Part shown: positions 38,838 to 47,551 of the stretch, piece by piece
Numbering within the stretch: the first letter of the stretch is position 1
Layout: the number at the start of each line of letters is the position of its first letter
IMG/VR virus record: IMGVR_UViG_3300023175_000012
Location: 32,001 to 96,000 of that record
From: a virus
Lineage: Duplodnaviria; Caudoviricetes
Strand: one strand, 5' to 3'
Length of the DNA stretch: 64,000 nucleotides
The notes under the pieces: model-generated
Seen by the model: only the letters and a program-made list of their open reading frames with translations
Database searches by the model: none
What the model was told of the DNA's origin: nothing
Position numbers and translations under genes: made by a program

Positions 38838-40609
38838 ACTTTTAATAAAAGTTGTTTTACTTGCGCAGCTACGCCTGCTTTCTTAATTTCATTTGCAAGA
38901 GCCTTTAAGTCGATCATTGGTTGTTGACTTTTAGGCTGTTGTTGTGGAACTGTTTCAGGTTTAAGTTCTACATTTGAAGACTGTCCAATTTGTGCAATTT
39001 GATCATTTGACATTCCTACATCTTGTAGGATATTCATAATAGATCCTGTATCTAAAGGTTCGCCTGCGGCTTTCCATTTTTTAAATAATTTATTTGCTGT
39101 AACTACATTGCCAATGTCTTTGGCTTTTTGTTTTATTGCGCCGCCAACAGCACCTGCAGCTTTGCCGATACCTCTTTTAAATTTTGCACCCATTGTGTTT
39201 GGGTTGTTTAGTGGAAGTTCTCCTTGAGCAGGATCTGCTTCTGCAAGGAATAATGCAAAACGTTCTTCCATGTCAATTGATTCTGCTTTGTCTCCTACAG
39301 GACCAAAGTCACTTAGTTTTTGACTTTTATCAAAGTTTTTATCTACTGGTGTTGCTGTACTACCGCCTTTTAGATCTAATTCTAATTGTTTTTTCTCACT
39401 TGATGGAATTGGTTTTGCTTTTTGAGCATCTGTTACTTTACTATCAACAGCGGTCATAGCACCAGTTACAGCAGCCGCTGCTCCTTCGCCCGATGCTTCA
39501 ATTGTGTTTAAAAGTTTGTCTAAATTGTCACTTGCAGCTGACCATTGCTGTACTTGTTCTGGTGACCATTCTTGTTCTGGAATATTTCCAAGTGCTTCCC
39601 AGAGAGCTGTAAGTTCTTTGTTTTGTTCTTGCACTCCTAGCATAAAGTCATGAAACTTTGCAGCTTCTTGATAATATTCAGGAGTAAAGTTTCCTGCGTC
39701 TTGTAATGAAAGTTGAAAACCTTCAAAATCACTTATTTGTTCTGGAGTTAATACTGTATCATAGTTGTAATAAAAATTGTTTATATTACCACTCATTGTA
39801 AGTTTAGTTGAACCTTCTAGTACATCAGGAGTAAATCCTTTATCTGCAAAGATAGCTTCTTGTGCTGATTCTAAATTTGCTTTATCAAAACTATCAGCCA
39901 TGCCTGCTAACTGTTCGTCACCTGCTGTTGCAATGTTTTCCCAAACAGCATCTTCAATATATCTAAAGGCTGCACCAGCAAGAGCACCATATGCCGCTGT
40001 TTTAAGAGATTTGCCAACAGCACTTGAAAGTTTAGAACCTTGGAGTAAGTCTTTTGTTGAACGTAAAATTAAACCTGCTGCGGCACCGCCTGCAGGTCCT
40101 CCTGCAAAAGCCGCTACTGTTGTTAAAATAGCAACACCTAGTGTTGCTTTACCTGGATTTTCTTTTGCCCAGTTACTAACAGCTTCTATGCCTTTTACAA
40201 TTTTACTGTCGCTATTTTTTGATTTAATATCTGCTTTTAATTTTTCAAATTTTGCATCAGCATTTTGTACAGGTCCTGCATTTTGAACCATTTTGCCAAG
40301 TTGGTTAATTTTTTGATCAACTTTCTTTGCAAGATCAACTGGTAATTTTGCAACGTCTGCAGCTTTGCCAGCAAGTGATCTATTCTTGCCACCTGCCATA
40401 GCAACTTCTTCTGCACTTCTAAAAATATTTTTTACTTGATCCGGAGTAAGTGTTGCTTCACAAACTTTCACATACTGTTCTAGCAAAGGATGTAATTCTT
40501 TTTCCCAACGATTTAATTCAATTTTTTGAGATTCAGTTAAGTCTTGCCAACCTTCTAGCAATATTTTTTGTGTGTTAGGTGCAAATGATTCTACTTCTGT
40601 TAGTTTCAT
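38834..40609 (-). CDS. Hypothetical protein (591 aa), possible head-internal or ejected protein
   Basis: Starts MKLTEV...LLEG; helical, with a hydrophobic Gly/Ala segment; coupled to the upstream gene. Confidence 0.65.
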   Translation of the reverse strand: MKLTEVESFAPNTQKILLEGWQDLTESQKIELNRWEKELHPLLEQYVKVCEATLTPDQVKNIFRSAEEVAMAGGKNRSLAGKAADVAKLPVDLAKKVDQKINQLGKMVQNAGPVQNADAKFEKLKADIKSKNSDSKIVKGIEAVSNWAKENPGKATLGVAILTTVAAFAGGPAGGAAAGLILRSTKDLLQGSKLSSAVGKSLKTAAYGALAGAAFRYIEDAVWENIATAGDEQLAGMADSFDKANLESAQEAIFADKGFTPDVLEGSTKLTMSGNINNFYYNYDTVLTPEQISDFEGFQLSLQDAGNFTPEYYQEAAKFHDFMLGVQEQNKELTALWEALGNIPEQEWSPEQVQQWSAASDNLDKLLNTIEASGEGAAAAVTGAMTAVDSKVTDAQKAKPIPSSEKKQLELDLKGGSTATPVDKNFDKSQKLSDFGPVGDKAESIDMEERFALFLAEADPAQGELPLNNPNTMGAKFKRGIGKAAGAVGGAIKQKAKDIGNVVTANKLFKKWKAAGEPLDTGSIMNILQDVGMSNDQIAQIGQSSNVELKPETVPQQQPKSQQPMIDLKALANEIKKAGVAAQVKQLLLKV

Positions 40610-41373
40610 AATATACTTGCCAATTCTTTTTTCTGTTGCGGATTAAGTGCTTTAATTTTTTTCATTAATTCTGGTGAAATCTTAGGTTGTGCCTGCTTTG
40701 CTTGTTTTGGCATAGGCTTACCAGTTTTATCATCCTTGCCATCTTTATTTGCATCAACAGGTGCAGGCCCTCCAGCCGCTTGCGGCGCACCGCTAGATGC
40801 GGGCGCAGGTTTTTGTACGCCAGCCTTACCAAGCATAGCGTCTTTAGCCGCTTGCATAATAGCGGCATTAATCTGTTGTTTAGTAACTACTCCTGTAGGA
40901 ATATTAGGAACGTTAGCACCTTTAGATTTTAAAAATCCAGCAAGCTCTTCACCAGTTGCTGTTTTTACATCTTTTCCTTGTGTGCCAAGAAACTTTCTAA
41001 ATTCATTATAAAGATTATTTGCGGTATCAGATAAATCAGCTTTACCAGCAAGGTTACCTGCTTTACCTTTCATGCCAATTTTGCTAAGAACTTTAGCACC
41101 AACAGCTTGTCCTGCTTTTTTCATCATTCCAACAGGTGCTTCTTCAATGCTTTCATTTGGAGGATCATAGTCCCACATATAAGAACCAGCACCCATATAA
41201 CTACCACGCTTATAACCTGCTAGTTGCATTGCGTCATCAGAATCAATGCCTTTTTCTTTAGCCCATTGATATATGTAATAAGATCTTTGGCTATCACTAA
41301 TATCAGCAAATTTTGCCACTATTTTTGGATCAGCTTCTTTATCTTCTTTAAAAATTACATCAGTTACTCGCAT
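40606..41373 (-). CDS. Hypothetical protein (255 aa), possible head-internal protein
   Basis: K/A/G-rich; CATAAATA box at about 41399-41406 and AAGGA RBS; contains DANKDGKDD. Confidence 0.65.
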   Translation of the reverse strand: MRVTDVIFKEDKEADPKIVAKFADISDSQRSYYIYQWAKEKGIDSDDAMQLAGYKRGSYMGAGSYMWDYDPPNESIEEAPVGMMKKAGQAVGAKVLSKIGMKGKAGNLAGKADLSDTANNLYNEFRKFLGTQGKDVKTATGEELAGFLKSKGANVPNIPTGVVTKQQINAAIMQAAKDAMLGKAGVQKPAPASSGAPQAAGGPAPVDANKDGKDDKTGKPMPKQAKQAQPKISPELMKKIKALNPQQKKELASIL

Positions 41374-41399
41374 GAAAACATCCTTATTATACTTAATAT

Positions 41400-41908
41400 A
41401 TTTATGTGTTTCGTTTCACGAAACAAGTTTTCGCTATCGCTCAAACTGTTTACTTCGTATTTAATTATGTATGATAGAAGTGAATTATATATGGAACTCA
41501 TTATCACGTAGTGATAATGTTTAAGTTTCATGTAGATTGTTTCAGTCAGACGGAACCTGTTACGGTTCCATCTAATCTCAAGGTGCTTCATGTGAGTCCG
41601 CTCCAGCCGAGACTTGGAAGTAGGTGTTTATCCGCTGTACAATGGGCTCTGACCTTTCCCAACCTACGTCGACATCAAAATATAGCTTATAAGCAATAAT
41701 TTCTAAATTATAGCTAATACACTATATTTTTACCCGTTGCTTCGTTCCTAGTGCATACGGTTTTTATGTACAATGTGCGGTGTTTCGATTGCCAACAATC
41801 AACCTACGCCAATCAAACGCTCTACTACCGAACGCCGCTCAACGTGTTACGTGTGCTCCTATACGGATGCTTTTTCCACAGCGGTATTTCTAAACTGGCC
41901 CGCTAACC
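41400..41908 (-). ncRNA. Large structured noncoding element downstream of the GIY-YIG nuclease (putative ncRNA; origin-like element not excluded)
   Basis: About 500 bp without a credible ORF in a gene-dense genome; at least 8 hairpins identified by eye. Confidence 0.55.
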
Positions 41909-42358
41909 TTAGGTGTTGGATTGTTTTGCCTTAATGGTGTGTTCTAGCAAAGCCTTGCGCAATTTATCGGAACCGCCAACTCTAACATTAATAATTCCAT
42001 TGTAATACTCGTCGCTCTCTAATACACGGCGGTCAAATTGCTCTCTTGCCTCAATGTAGGACATTTCGCCCCTGCCTCTGCATAGGTATAATATTTCTCT
42101 TGTAAAGTTTTTTTCGCCTAGTGCTTTAACGTCTGCATTTAATCTATCAGAACTACCCCAATAGGTTTTCCAGTCGCTTTCTTTATAGCCTCTACGTTTA
42201 TTCTTTTTGCCTTTAAGAGGTGGCTTTGTAGTTTTAAACTTTGCTAGTTTTTTGCCTATATATTTTTGCCCTGTTTTTTTATTCGTTATTAGATATACGA
42301 AGCCTTCAAATTCTTCTGGTATGGTTTCAATTTTTTTGCCTTTATAAGTCCACTCCAT
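41909..42358 (-). CDS. GIY-YIG family endonuclease (149 aa)
   Basis: GFVYLITNKKTGQKYIGKK (GIY-YIG variant), YWGSS, F-x-R-E-I-L, conserved Glu in YIEARE, and YYN. Confidence 0.8.
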   Translation of the reverse strand: MEWTYKGKKIETIPEEFEGFVYLITNKKTGQKYIGKKLAKFKTTKPPLKGKKNKRRGYKESDWKTYWGSSDRLNADVKALGEKNFTREILYLCRGRGEMSYIEAREQFDRRVLESDEYYNGIINVRVGGSDKLRKALLEHTIKAKQSNT

Positions 42359-42377
42359 GTAGGTACTTACCTAGCAT

Positions 42378-42587
42378 TTAATCGTCGCTAGGTTCGTTTT
42401 GACTTTTTTCCTTGTTTAAGTGTTTTTCGTGTATTTCATCCATGCGTAATTTTGCAAGTGTACGTATGTTACGTAATGCACGTCTTGCACTTCCGTGTGT
42501 TCGCACAGAATTACGAGATTCAAATTTTTCGTTCTCTTCAAAATATTCTAAATATGCTTTTACAAGTTTATCGTGAGTATCATCCAT
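42378..42587 (-). CDS. Hypothetical protein (69 aa)
   Basis: Start overlaps the gp46 stop; basic helix ARRALRNIRTLAKLR. Confidence 0.7.
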   Translation of the reverse strand: MDDTHDKLVKAYLEYFEENEKFESRNSVRTHGSARRALRNIRTLAKLRMDEIHEKHLNKEKSQNEPSDD

Positions 42588-44359
42588 TATTCAACTACAT
42601 CAATATCGTTTTCGTAACTGGTAAATCCATTTTCTTTTACAACTTTAAGAACGTTGTTAACTCTGCCAATAAGTTCATCTTTATGACTGATTAAGTAGAT
42701 ATTTTTTTCTCTTTCTCTGCCCATTTTCTTAAGTACAGCAAGACTGTTTTCAACACCGTTGGAATCCATACCGCTGTCTATAAGTTCGTCAATGAATAGT
42801 AAGTTAACATTTTGATATAAACTTTCCCAAACGTCACGGAAGGCAAAACTTAGTCCTAGTATAAGTCTATTACGTTCACCACGTGATAGATTATCAAAGT
42901 CTAAGTCTTGACCTAACTGTGTAATTTCAACAGAAAGGTCATTTAAGAATGTTACGGTGTGCGGCAAACCTAGTTTATCTAGATAGTATGTTAATCTATT
43001 GTTTAGATATGCTAGATTTTGATCGATAATTTTTTTACGTATAAAACTGTCTTTGTTTGTTAGAAGTTTTAACAAGAATTCTTGGTGCTCTTTTGTAGAT
43101 GTTATATCGTTAACTGTTGACCAATCAATATCTTGTTTTGCACTAGCTTCAAGATCGTCAATCTGTTCCTGATACGGGTCAACTTCATCTTTTCTGTTTT
43201 CGTAAGCATTTTTTAAAGTGTCTACATTGTTTCTATGATCATATGCTTCTTTAGACGTTTCGTAGTACGTGTTCGGACGTCCGTTGATATCACCTATATC
43301 GCCGAGCTCTTTTTCAACACTGTTTAGTTTGTCTGTAATTTCTGTAAGATATGCGTCTGCATCAACTAATTCTTTAGATTTTTTATCTAAAATTTCTGCT
43401 TTTTTGTCTGCATGTAAAGACTGTCCGCATGTATAACAAGTAGCACTATCTAGTTCTAAGATGTCTTTTTCGACTTTTTTAACAGACTTACTGGCACGTA
43501 ACTGTGCTGTCTCGAGTGTGCTTTTTTCTTTATTAAGAGCCAAAATAGCATTGTTTAGCTCAGTCCAGTTTGCTAGTTTTTCGTGCGATTCGAGTTCTGC
43601 ATCAATATCAAGGTGTTCAAGTTCTTCGATAGATTCCTTTAGCTTTACAACATCTGTAGTGCGTTTTGAAAGCCATGCTTTTTGCTTGCTTTTAAGACCT
43701 TCTATAGTTTCGTCAATTTTAGAATTAGCAGATTGTATTGCATCAATACGCATAGTTTCTTGCGTAAGTTCGTCTTTAGATTTTCGTACTTCTTCTTTTA
43801 AAAGATCTGCTTTTTCAGAAAGTATAGTTATTCCGAGTAACTGTTCTATAATAGCACGTTGATCGTTTGTTCGCATGCTTAAGAACGGTTCTGTATAAGT
43901 GTTAAGTGCTACAACATGTTTGAACATGTCGTGACTCATACCTAATAAAGAATCAATCGATTCCTGTGTTTTACGACTATCACCTTGAGATTCGTCTATG
44001 TCAACTTGCTCTTCGTTGTTGACATAGAACTTTAAAACATTTGGCGATCTACCTCTCTCAATTCGGTACTGAACACTGTCTTTTTCAAAAGCAAGTGTAA
44101 CTAACATTCCTTTAGAATTAGTCTTGTTAATTAAATTGTTTTTTCTTATGTTCGTAAGAGCGTTGCCGTAAAGAGCATAACTTAACGCATTAATTATAGT
44201 TGTTTTACCAGTACCATTACGGGAGCCAGAATCGTCACCTCCTTGATCTAAGTTTTCGCCTAGTACTAGTGTGAGTTGTTGTTTATCAAAGTCAACCGCT
44301 TGTGTTTGGTTGCCAACACTCATAAAATTTTTAACGGTTAGGTCCTTAATTTTAATCAT
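42587..44359 (-). CDS. gp46: Recombination endonuclease ATPase subunit (gp46/SbcC/Rad50-like)
   Basis: KNFMSVGN, Walker A NGTGKTT, CYTC zinc hook, LSRGE signature, LLFIDELID and ISHK. Confidence 0.93.
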   Translation of the reverse strand: MIKIKDLTVKNFMSVGNQTQAVDFDKQQLTLVLGENLDQGGDDSGSRNGTGKTTIINALSYALYGNALTNIRKNNLINKTNSKGMLVTLAFEKDSVQYRIERGRSPNVLKFYVNNEEQVDIDESQGDSRKTQESIDSLLGMSHDMFKHVVALNTYTEPFLSMRTNDQRAIIEQLLGITILSEKADLLKEEVRKSKDELTQETMRIDAIQSANSKIDETIEGLKSKQKAWLSKRTTDVVKLKESIEELEHLDIDAELESHEKLANWTELNNAILALNKEKSTLETAQLRASKSVKKVEKDILELDSATCYTCGQSLHADKKAEILDKKSKELVDADAYLTEITDKLNSVEKELGDIGDINGRPNTYYETSKEAYDHRNNVDTLKNAYENRKDEVDPYQEQIDDLEASAKQDIDWSTVNDITSTKEHQEFLLKLLTNKDSFIRKKIIDQNLAYLNNRLTYYLDKLGLPHTVTFLNDLSVEITQLGQDLDFDNLSRGERNRLILGLSFAFRDVWESLYQNVNLLFIDELIDSGMDSNGVENSLAVLKKMGREREKNIYLISHKDELIGRVNNVLKVVKENGFTSYENDIDVVE

Positions 44360-45374
44360 GCGTTAATCCGTTGTATATCTCCAAAAGTTTTTTCTTATCA
44401 AATGAGTCTGTGTCTAGTTCAGATATCTCACTTGCAACGATTTGATCAACACTAACAAATGAACTAATGTCTAAGTCTGTGCTAATTTCTTCAATATGTG
44501 ATTTAGGTATAAGTGTAATTTCTCTACAGTTATACTGATTGATAAATGTTTCTTTTATAAAACTTGCTTCTTCATAACTGATATCAATGTCAAGTTCTAC
44601 TCGCAGGTACATTTTGCTTTTTATAAGTGTGTCTTGTTCGTCGATTAGTTTAGAAAGTTTAACAGTTCTATACTTAGGACAATCCGGCCAATTGATGTAC
44701 TCTGGTTCTTTGTTGTTTTCTTTGTCAAGAATCATCATACCACGTTCGTCATCCCATGCATCTGCATAGTTGTGAGGGAAAGCATTACCGATATAATGTA
44801 TTTTGCCTTGATTTTGACGCTTATGAAAATGTCCACTAAAGACATAGTCTTGATTAGCAAAGTGTTCTTTGTTTAAGTCACCACCGTGATCAGGCATTTT
44901 AACCATAGCATTCATGTAAAAACTTGGAAGTTCAAAATGTCCAAACATGTATTTTGCCTTACATTTTTGTATTTTTTTCCATTCGTCTGCTACAAGCCAT
45001 GGGACAATAGCAACATCGTCTTCTACAGTTAATTCATCGATAAATGTAATTCCTGGTATGTGTTTTGCAAACGCTGTAGAGTTTACATCTCTTTTATCTT
45101 TGTAGTACAAATCATGGTTGCCATCGAAGAATATAAACTTGTCAAATGCTTTACCAAGTTTTTCCATACTTCTAATAGTAGCATCCATGGTCGTGAGGTT
45201 AAGACTGTTTCGATTGTGATGCCAATCTCCACAGAAAATACCAGTTTCACATCCGTTTTCTTTTGCTGTTTTGATATACCAATCTATAAATTCTTCGCAA
45301 TCGTCATTGTGAACGCGACTGTTACTTTTTAGACCAAAGTGTATATCAGTAAACACAGCGGCTTTTTTAAACAA
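44352..45374 (-). CDS. gp47: Recombination endonuclease nuclease subunit (gp47/SbcD/Mre11-like)
   Basis: DIHFG, GDWHH, GNHD, GHFE and SGHFH metallophosphoesterase motifs; TTG start with GGAGG RBS. Confidence 0.93.
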   Translation of the reverse strand: MFKKAAVFTDIHFGLKSNSRVHNDDCEEFIDWYIKTAKENGCETGIFCGDWHHNRNSLNLTTMDATIRSMEKLGKAFDKFIFFDGNHDLYYKDKRDVNSTAFAKHIPGITFIDELTVEDDVAIVPWLVADEWKKIQKCKAKYMFGHFELPSFYMNAMVKMPDHGGDLNKEHFANQDYVFSGHFHKRQNQGKIHYIGNAFPHNYADAWDDERGMMILDKENNKEPEYINWPDCPKYRTVKLSKLIDEQDTLIKSKMYLRVELDIDISYEEASFIKETFINQYNCREITLIPKSHIEEISTDLDISSFVSVDQIVASEISELDTDSFDKKKLLEIYNGLTHD

Positions 45375-45402
45375 ACTGAGTCCTCCGTAAGGCTTTTAGT
45401 TT

Positions 45403-45431
45403 ATAATATAACAAAAGTTAATCTTTGTCAA
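45403..45431 (-). promoter_or_regulatory. Sigma70-type promoter for gp47-gp46
   Basis: TTGACA-17 nt-TATTAT. Confidence 0.7.
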
Positions 45432-46278
45432 CCACTTTTCTTTCTTGGAAAATTGAAGTTTTTAGTTCTTCATTTCTTTTTACAGCGGCTTCCCATTCAC
45501 CTTGTGCTTGTCGTGTGTATGATGGGTTTAAGTCGTTCATCTCTAAAATATCGTCTCTAATATTTTGATTACGTTTTTCTATATTAATGACACGAACAAA
45601 TGAATTAGTAACAGCAGCGGTATAGTAAGCAAAAGGATTATTACTTTTAGATTCATCGAACTGTAGTCCTATCTGTGCTAGTTGTAGTATTGCTTGCCCC
45701 TTCATTTCGTCGTTGTAAGTATAACCTCTAACGTTACCTCTAGTTGCATACCTATCAACTAATTTTAACCACATAGTTGCTAGTTTGTTAGTTGCTTTAC
45801 CGTGTTTATGATCAAAATGTCCGTTTTCCATGCCGCCTTGCCAATGACTTTTGCCTACACACACTAGTTCATCATTTTCGTTAAATTTATAGTGTTGAAA
45901 TGGAGGAAAATTTAATTTTACCTTGTGATCTGCTATAGTTTTAGGATTTTTCTTTCTTCCAGGTTCATCTGGAATATGATCAAATGTCATAATACGGAAG
46001 ATTAGTTCTTCTTTTGTAATCTTTTTCCAGTCAACTTCGCAATCTGCTTGTTTTACCTTTTCACCGGCCATTTTGCGGGTTTCGTAGTCTGCATTGCTTA
46101 GACGCTTTGCTTTGTTTCTTTTTGCTTCTGCAATAGTTAATCTGTTTACCTTTTCTATATCTGTAAGAATAATATCGTACTGATGGTATTCTGGGTCTAT
46201 ATAGCTATTAAACGTATTCTTTGATTTGTGGATTTCTGATAAGATATCCTTGTTGTTTAAATAATTTCTAGATCGCAC
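45418..46278 (-). CDS. gp55: Late-transcription sigma factor (T4 gp55-like); probable GTG start at 46278
   Basis: NYLNNKD N-terminus, NVRGYTYNDEM and FDESKSNNPFAYYT motifs; adjacent to gp47/46 as in T4-like phages; GGAG lies upstream of GTG 46278 rather than TTG 46290. Confidence 0.82.
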   Translation of the reverse strand: MRSRNYLNNKDILSEIHKSKNTFNSYIDPEYHQYDIILTDIEKVNRLTIAEAKRNKAKRLSNADYETRKMAGEKVKQADCEVDWKKITKEELIFRIMTFDHIPDEPGRKKNPKTIADHKVKLNFPPFQHYKFNENDELVCVGKSHWQGGMENGHFDHKHGKATNKLATMWLKLVDRYATRGNVRGYTYNDEMKGQAILQLAQIGLQFDESKSNNPFAYYTAAVTNSFVRVINIEKRNQNIRDDILEMNDLNPSYTRQAQGEWEAAVKRNEELKTSIFQERKVVDKD

Positions 46279-46303
46279 ATGTTTCTCCAAGTTTAATAGT
46301 CAT

Positions 46304-46332
46304 ATTATAAACTACATACTTAATTATGTCAA
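46304..46332 (-). promoter_or_regulatory. Perfect consensus sigma70 promoter for the late sigma factor
   Basis: TTGACA-17 nt-TATAAT. Confidence 0.85.
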
Positions 46333-46339
46333 CTAAATA
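46333..46339 (+). promoter_or_regulatory. Late promoter box for the baseplate operon
   Basis: CTAAATA followed by AGGAG and ATG 46359. Confidence 0.6.
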
Positions 46340-46358
46340 ATACATATAGGAGAACTGA

Positions 46359-47249
46359 ATGGCAACTAATCCCTTTGACAGTATAGGCAGAGCGGTCAGG
46401 ACACAGGCTAATAGAGCCCTGACTCAACTACAAAATGATGCAGAAGCGTCAGTACAAAACTTTATTGGAGATAAACTCAACACAGGTGTAGGATTCATTG
46501 ATAATGCAATTAAAGATGCAGCATCGTTTGCCTTTGGCGCTACTGGATTTAACAAACTTATAAGAAGTATAAATTTACCGTCAGCTGAGACAGGTCGTGT
46601 AGAATCAAATGTTAGTAAAAGTTTTTCTGCTACAGCAAAAGATGCTGATTGGCGTGTAAAACTATCAATGCCAACTTCTCCAAATGTAAAAGATGCTAAA
46701 CTACTGTCTCCTTTAGCTGCAACAGGCGGGCTATGTTTTCCTTTAACGCCTACTATTATTATAAGCCACAGTGCAAATTACAATACTTTACAGCCTGTGC
46801 ATACAAACTATCCATTCCAGGTTTACGAAAACAGTCAAGCAGACGATATTATTATTACAGGCGAATTTCCTGTAGAAAATGCAGACGAAGGAAGATATTG
46901 GGTAGCTGTTATACATTATCTAAGAACAGTTACAAAAATGTTTTATGGTGAAAGTTCTGAAAACGCAGGAGCACCTCCTCCTGTTGTTAGATTAAACGGA
47001 TACGGAGATTATGTTTTTAACAATGTTCCTGTAGTTATTTCAAACTTTACAGTAGACTTACCAGCAGATGTTGATTATATTGCTGTTGATTTGCAAGGAG
47101 CAGAAAATGGTGCAACAACTTGGGCGCCATCAAACTCACAAATAAGTATAACACTCAAACCTACATTTTCAAGAAGACGTGTTAGTGAATTTAATTTACA
47201 AAAGTTTGTTAACGGTGGATATGTTAACGGCGGGGAGGGCTTTATTTAA
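46359..47249 (+). CDS. Baseplate tail-tube cap / tube initiator-like protein (gp48/gp54-like)
   Basis: FPLTPTI...ANY...HTNY and GAPPPVVRLNGYGDYVFNNVPVVISNFTVDLP motifs; first gene of the baseplate operon. Confidence 0.65.
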   Translation: MATNPFDSIGRAVRTQANRALTQLQNDAEASVQNFIGDKLNTGVGFIDNAIKDAASFAFGATGFNKLIRSINLPSAETGRVESNVSKSFSATAKDADWRVKLSMPTSPNVKDAKLLSPLAATGGLCFPLTPTIIISHSANYNTLQPVHTNYPFQVYENSQADDIIITGEFPVENADEGRYWVAVIHYLRTVTKMFYGESSENAGAPPPVVRLNGYGDYVFNNVPVVISNFTVDLPADVDYIAVDLQGAENGATTWAPSNSQISITLKPTFSRRRVSEFNLQKFVNGGYVNGGEGFI

Positions 47250-47551
47250 TGGCTAATTATAAAAGTTCTAGTCCTTGGCATAAAACAGGCTATACAAGAA
47301 CAGGTGCATTAGATGTATTACGAATACGTCCAATTCCGTCATCTTCAGATGATGTACAATATACAATAGAAACACAGTATACTTACAGACCAGATTTACT
47401 TGCATATGACTATTATGGTAGTCCTAAACTATGGTGGGTATTTGCACAGCGCAATATGAATATTTTAAAAGATCCTGTATTTGATATGGTTGCAGGAACA
47501 ACTATATACCTGCCAAAACCAGATAGTTTAAAAAGAGTGTTAGGAATATAA
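47249..47551 (+). CDS. Baseplate wedge protein (gp53-like, LysM-related)
   Basis: YRPDLLAYDYYGSPKLWWVFAQRN motif. Confidence 0.8.
   Translation: MANYKSSSPWHKTGYTRTGALDVLRIRPIPSSSDDVQYTIETQYTYRPDLLAYDYYGSPKLWWVFAQRNMNILKDPVFDMVAGTTIYLPKPDSLKRVLGI

Noticed and set aside
41224-41699. Short ORFs 41364..41591 (-), 41224..41511 (+) and 41511..41699 (+)
   Set aside because: No convincing RBS, atypical composition, and they overlap the hairpin-rich element; a noncoding interpretation fits better, though a small peptide cannot be excluded.
41400-42358. Group I intron with homing endonuclease
   Set aside because: No interrupted host gene is apparent on either side and I could not identify the conserved P7 core; an Rfam search is needed to exclude it fully.
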